From Ostrea edulis (lineage: Eukaryota): 64,000 nucleotides of DNA. The translations under genes were made by a program, and so were the position numbers. The stretch lies in assembly GCF_947568905.1 (NCBI RefSeq), contig NC_079168.1:48608001-48672000 (forward strand). Direction: 5' to 3'. Numbering within the stretch: the stretch's first letter is position 1; the number at the start of each line of letters is the position of its first letter. The notes beneath the pieces were generated by a model. That model worked only from the letters and a program-made list of their open reading frames with translations, made no database searches and was not told where the DNA came from. Below are positions 60,201 through 64,000 of the stretch, piece after piece.

Positions 60201-63200
60201 CTTTTTCTGCTTGATGTTTAGCAGGAAAGATGATTTTCTAATTTCAATACATAATGTATATGACCAATCTAGCCCCACCCTGGTGCCTAACCCCGGGGTC
60301 ATGAATTTCACAATTTTTATATAGTTAGAGGCCCATTATAATCATACAAACATTTTGCCTCCATGCTGTCCAGAAGTAAAGAAGATTTTCTAATATATAA
60401 TGCATTTTTCATAATGACCAACTTGGCTCTGAACCAAGGGGTCATGAATTTAATAGTCATTGTATAAGGCTCATTGCTCATTATAATCATGCAACAATTT
60501 GGTAGCTGTTGATTGCATTCATTTTTATGGTTTTGGCCACACCCCTCAAACCCCAGGGAGGCAGTAACCATGAATTTCACAATTTTTGTTCCCCCTGACC
60601 CATAAAATTGTTCAAAAATTGAAAACCAATGCACAACAAGAAACAAATGACACATGACAATGAAAGAAAACAGACAGCAATATGTAGGTCACCTAAGTGA
60701 CTCACTTTAAATCATTTTTTTCAGATGTGATTATTTACCTGCAACTTTGGTCACTAGGTCAGGCTTACTTCTAGTATTAGCTGACTGGGCCTGATTAGCC
60801 AACGGTTGTAGTAACTGGCCACCATCTGATAAGGAGATTAAATTTTATTACATGCATAAATGTTTGAAGCACTCCAATATATACAGACTTTATGAACATT
60901 TTTCTCACCAGACATTATTAGGTATTCAGAATTTAAACCAGCCTGTGCCACTGTGATTTTAGTTTTTATACATTTATTTGCTTATTACAACTTGCATTTT
61001 ATCATGGGGCATCTAGAATCGCTCTTCTGATAAATTGTACAACCCCACCATTTCTATTCTTAGCCTCTTAGTATTCTAAATCTTTAGTTAAATCCTAAGA
61101 ATTCAAAAAAAGTAGGTCAATGTGACCTACTTTTTGGTTTACACATTTTGAGAACCCAAGAAATATCAACTGACAAAGTTTGATGATTTTAAGCCAATTA
61201 GTATCTGAATATTGAAATATAGCTGTCAAATTCCAATCGTAGGTCATGGTGACCTACTTTTTGGTCATCGAACTCCGAACATGCAAGACCCATCAACTGA
61301 CAAAGTTTGATGACTGTAGGTCAAATAGTATCTGAAATATATAAATATAGCCGTCAAATTCCAAAAGTAGGTCAAGGTGACCTACTTTTTCGTCAACACC
61401 CTTCAAACATGCAAGACCCAACAACTGACAATGTTTGATGACTGTAGGTCAAATAGTATCTGAATTATATAAATATAGCCGTCCAATTCCAAAAGTAGGT
61501 CAAGGTGACCTACTTTTTGGTCAACACCCTTTGAACATGCAAGACGCATCAACTGACAAAGTTTGATGACTGTAGGTCAAATAGTATCTGAAATATATAA
61601 ATATAGGTGTCCAATTCCAAAAGTAGGTCAAGTTGACCTACTTTTTGGTCGAAACCCTTCGAACATGCAAGACCCATCAACTGACAAAGTTTGATGACTG
61701 TAGGTCAAATAGTATCTGAATATATCAATATAGCCGTCAAATTCCAAAAGTAGGTCAAGGTGACCTACTTTTTGGTCGACACACTCCGTTGACTCAAGAT
61801 GCATCAACTGTCAAAGTTTGATGATTGTAGGTCAAATAGTGTCTGAAATATAGTAATTTAGCTGTCAAATACCAAAAGTAGGTCACGGTGACCTACTTTT
61901 GGTCGACACAAACCGAAGACGAAGACGCATCAACTGACAAAGTTTGATGATCCTAGGTTTTACAGTGCCCAAAATATGCATCTAAAATTGAAAATGTGAA
62001 ATTTGAATATCTGCAAAATTCAAAAAGTAGGTCACTGTGACCTACTTTTTTATAAATATGTTTCAAGGCCTCAAGATGCATCAACTTACAAGATTTGATG
62101 ATTCTAAACCTCTCGGTATTTGAAATAACAACTTAAAATATATCTATAAATGATAAGCCATAAAATTCAGAAAGTAGGTCACGGTGACCTATTTTTCAGT
62201 TGACGCATTTCAAGGTCCCATGATCCACCAACTGACAAGTTTTGATGATCATAGGCTTCAAAGTGTCCAAGATATGCATCAAAATTAATTTTAAAATAAA
62301 TACCTGCAAAATTCAAAAAGTAGGTCACCGTGACCTACTTTTGAGACAACTTGACACAAGGTCCTAAGATGCATCAACTGTCAAAATTTGATGATCCTAG
62401 TCCTTATAATGGCTAAAATATCTAAGATTTAAGGAATTTAAAAAAATTTTAAATTTAGGTCAACTTTGAAGTGACCTTGAGACCACGCCCTTTGCCCCAG
62501 GGTAATGCCTTGAACAATTTTTAATCTACAACATATCCTCATCCTTATGTGTAAGTTTGGTGATAATCTGCCCTGTGGTTCTTGAGAAGAAGATTTTTTT
62601 GCAACCACTACTTTTGTTTGTATTTTCCTGATTATCTCCCCTTGTTAAAGGGTCACATCCCTTTATTTAGTATGTATGAAAGCCCTTGGGCCAATGATAC
62701 CCTGTACCAAATTTGAAAGAAATTGGCCAAGGGGTTCTTGAGTTATAGCCCTTTTTCTAAAAAGTTTACGCACACCGCACAAATGGCCATAGCATTCGCT
62801 CTTTGAGCCTTTGGCTCAGAAGAGCTAATAATAACCTATAATTGACAACTTTCTGTAAAATGATTCATATACATGTAACTGTTTATCTTTAAAGTATTAC
62901 AAAATACTGCACATACCTATGTGTTCCGTTAATGAGTTGATGATTTCCATTGCAGTTTGATAAATCTCTTTATTTTTAGATGACAGATTGGGAGCAATAT
63001 TTCCAATGGCCATGCTCAGGACTTGCGTTAGGGAGTCCCTCAATATTGGGACAATCTGCAGCATTACAGTCAATGCAAATAGGTTAACTTTACTATTTGG
63101 GTCCTGTAACCGGGGCAGAAACTTATCAAAAATCTGGAAAAAGTAAAATATGTGCTAATTTAGAATTTGCATTTGACAAAGAAACATTGAAGTGATGTGG

Positions 63201-64000
63201 TTCGAGTGTATAAAGTGTTGTTATGTGTTTATTTCATACATGAAAACTAACAATATTTGCATCATGATTTAATGCATATACCTGTACTTGTAGAAATGGT
63301 AGTAATAAAAGGAGTCAAAAGTGTACCTTAACAACATTTAAGTTCACCACATCTGTATTGTTTTCACTCATGTCAAGTAACATGGCAATGCCTTTGTGAC
63401 GATCTCTCCAATCATTGGCGGATATGAGATTTGTCATGTTTTTGATACTTTCCAGCGTAGCATCATCATGACGGACAGGTCTTCTTGAAGGAGTGCTATT
63501 CTGGAGCTCACTATTGGCTGAGCCACCTCGAACTATTGAACTTGCGCGGCTTGCTGGTCCTCGTCCACCTCTTGCTGATGAAGCTTCATGGGGCATTTCT
63601 CCAAGACCCTGAGAATTCCATAGAGATTTATTTATCTATATAGGACATCTAAATACAGGTGTATAATCTATAAATATATTCTTCCAAACTTCACAGATGT
63701 AGAATTTCAAGATCCTTTACTTTACCTTGGTCTTCAAGCCTTCCACGATATCTTGAATATTCCTGAGAGTGTTGGTTGGCAAGTGCTTTGACAACATTTT
63801 GTCGAAGTCCTGGTGTGCCATTAGTATGCTCAAAATTCTTCTTCCATTATACCTAAACAGACATTTAGCATCATATGAACATCAGTTCCTTTCAATCTGT
63901 ATCAGTGTTTTTCATTTACCTCCACACTTGCTATCAATAAGGGATAACTCTGATTTTTTTACCTAGTTTCCTGTGACGAATCTATGGCAAAGTGAGCTGC
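57288..64000 (-). CDS. TOGARAM1: TOG array regulator of axonemal microtubules 1 (crescerin/FAM179B), last 6 coding exons; 5' part lies beyond the right edge
   Basis: Phase-consistent exons: 64000-63963 (partial), 63852-63726, 63608-63327, 63133-62917, 60825-60739, 57544-57288. Translation DSSQETR|YNGRRIL...KTK|GLGEMP...DWRDRHKGIAMLL...NVVK|IFDKFLPRLQDPNSKVNL...LLQPL...ELVTKVYQRK...VLPLLWHLLG...IRTATATL...MGQTLL. This matches the C-terminal TOG domain of vertebrate TOGARAM1 as recalled. Confidence 0.9.
59060..60705 (-). mobile_element. Degenerate Helentron-like element with a Harbinger-like insertion near 59656-60150
   Basis: The end GGTCACCTAAGTGACTCAC (about 60687-60705) is the reverse of the 27196 element start. 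TAA|GGGCTGTTCC at about 59656 matches the TIR of 42946-43909. Boundaries are approximate. Confidence 0.45.
60989..62833 (-). mobile_element. Helentron/pearl-like element with about 10 internal tandem units of 128-150 bp, in a TOGARAM1 intron
   Basis: On the minus strand it starts TTATTAGCTCTTCTGAGCCAAAGGCTCAAAGAGCGAAT and ends TCAGAAGAGCGATTCTAGATGCCCCATGATAAAATGCAAGTT. The units carry the palindrome AAAAGTAGGTCA-NNG-TGACCTACTTTT. Confidence 0.75.

Overview
AT-rich eukaryotic genomic DNA with many introns. The repeat families point to a bivalve, probably an oyster (Ostreidae); this is inference only. There are four protein-coding genes. (1) The 5' part of CFAP70 on the minus strand runs off the left edge. 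(2) It is head-to-head, across a promoter under 400 bp that carries an RFX X-box, with a complete 31-exon RPAP1 on the plus strand (CDS 10319-52346, about 1360 aa by my exon assembly). (3) An intronless GPR84/Tre1/Moody-like class A GPCR is nested antisense in RPAP1 intron 28. (4) The 3' part of TOGARAM1/crescerin on the minus strand converges on RPAP1 and runs off the right edge. Introns are packed with non-autonomous elements: MULE-, hAT-, Kolobok-, Harbinger- and Tc1/mariner-type MITEs (several nested), Helentron-like satellite carriers and SINEs. Two observations stand out. First, splice junctions are tandemly duplicated four times; the largest case is a 51-copy in-frame array of the RPAP1 exon-8 5' splice site. 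Second, a complete miniature LTR retrotransposon (TRIM) and a solo LTR are present, and their LTRs contain a tRNA-like Pol III unit. All exon coordinates and alignments were done by hand.
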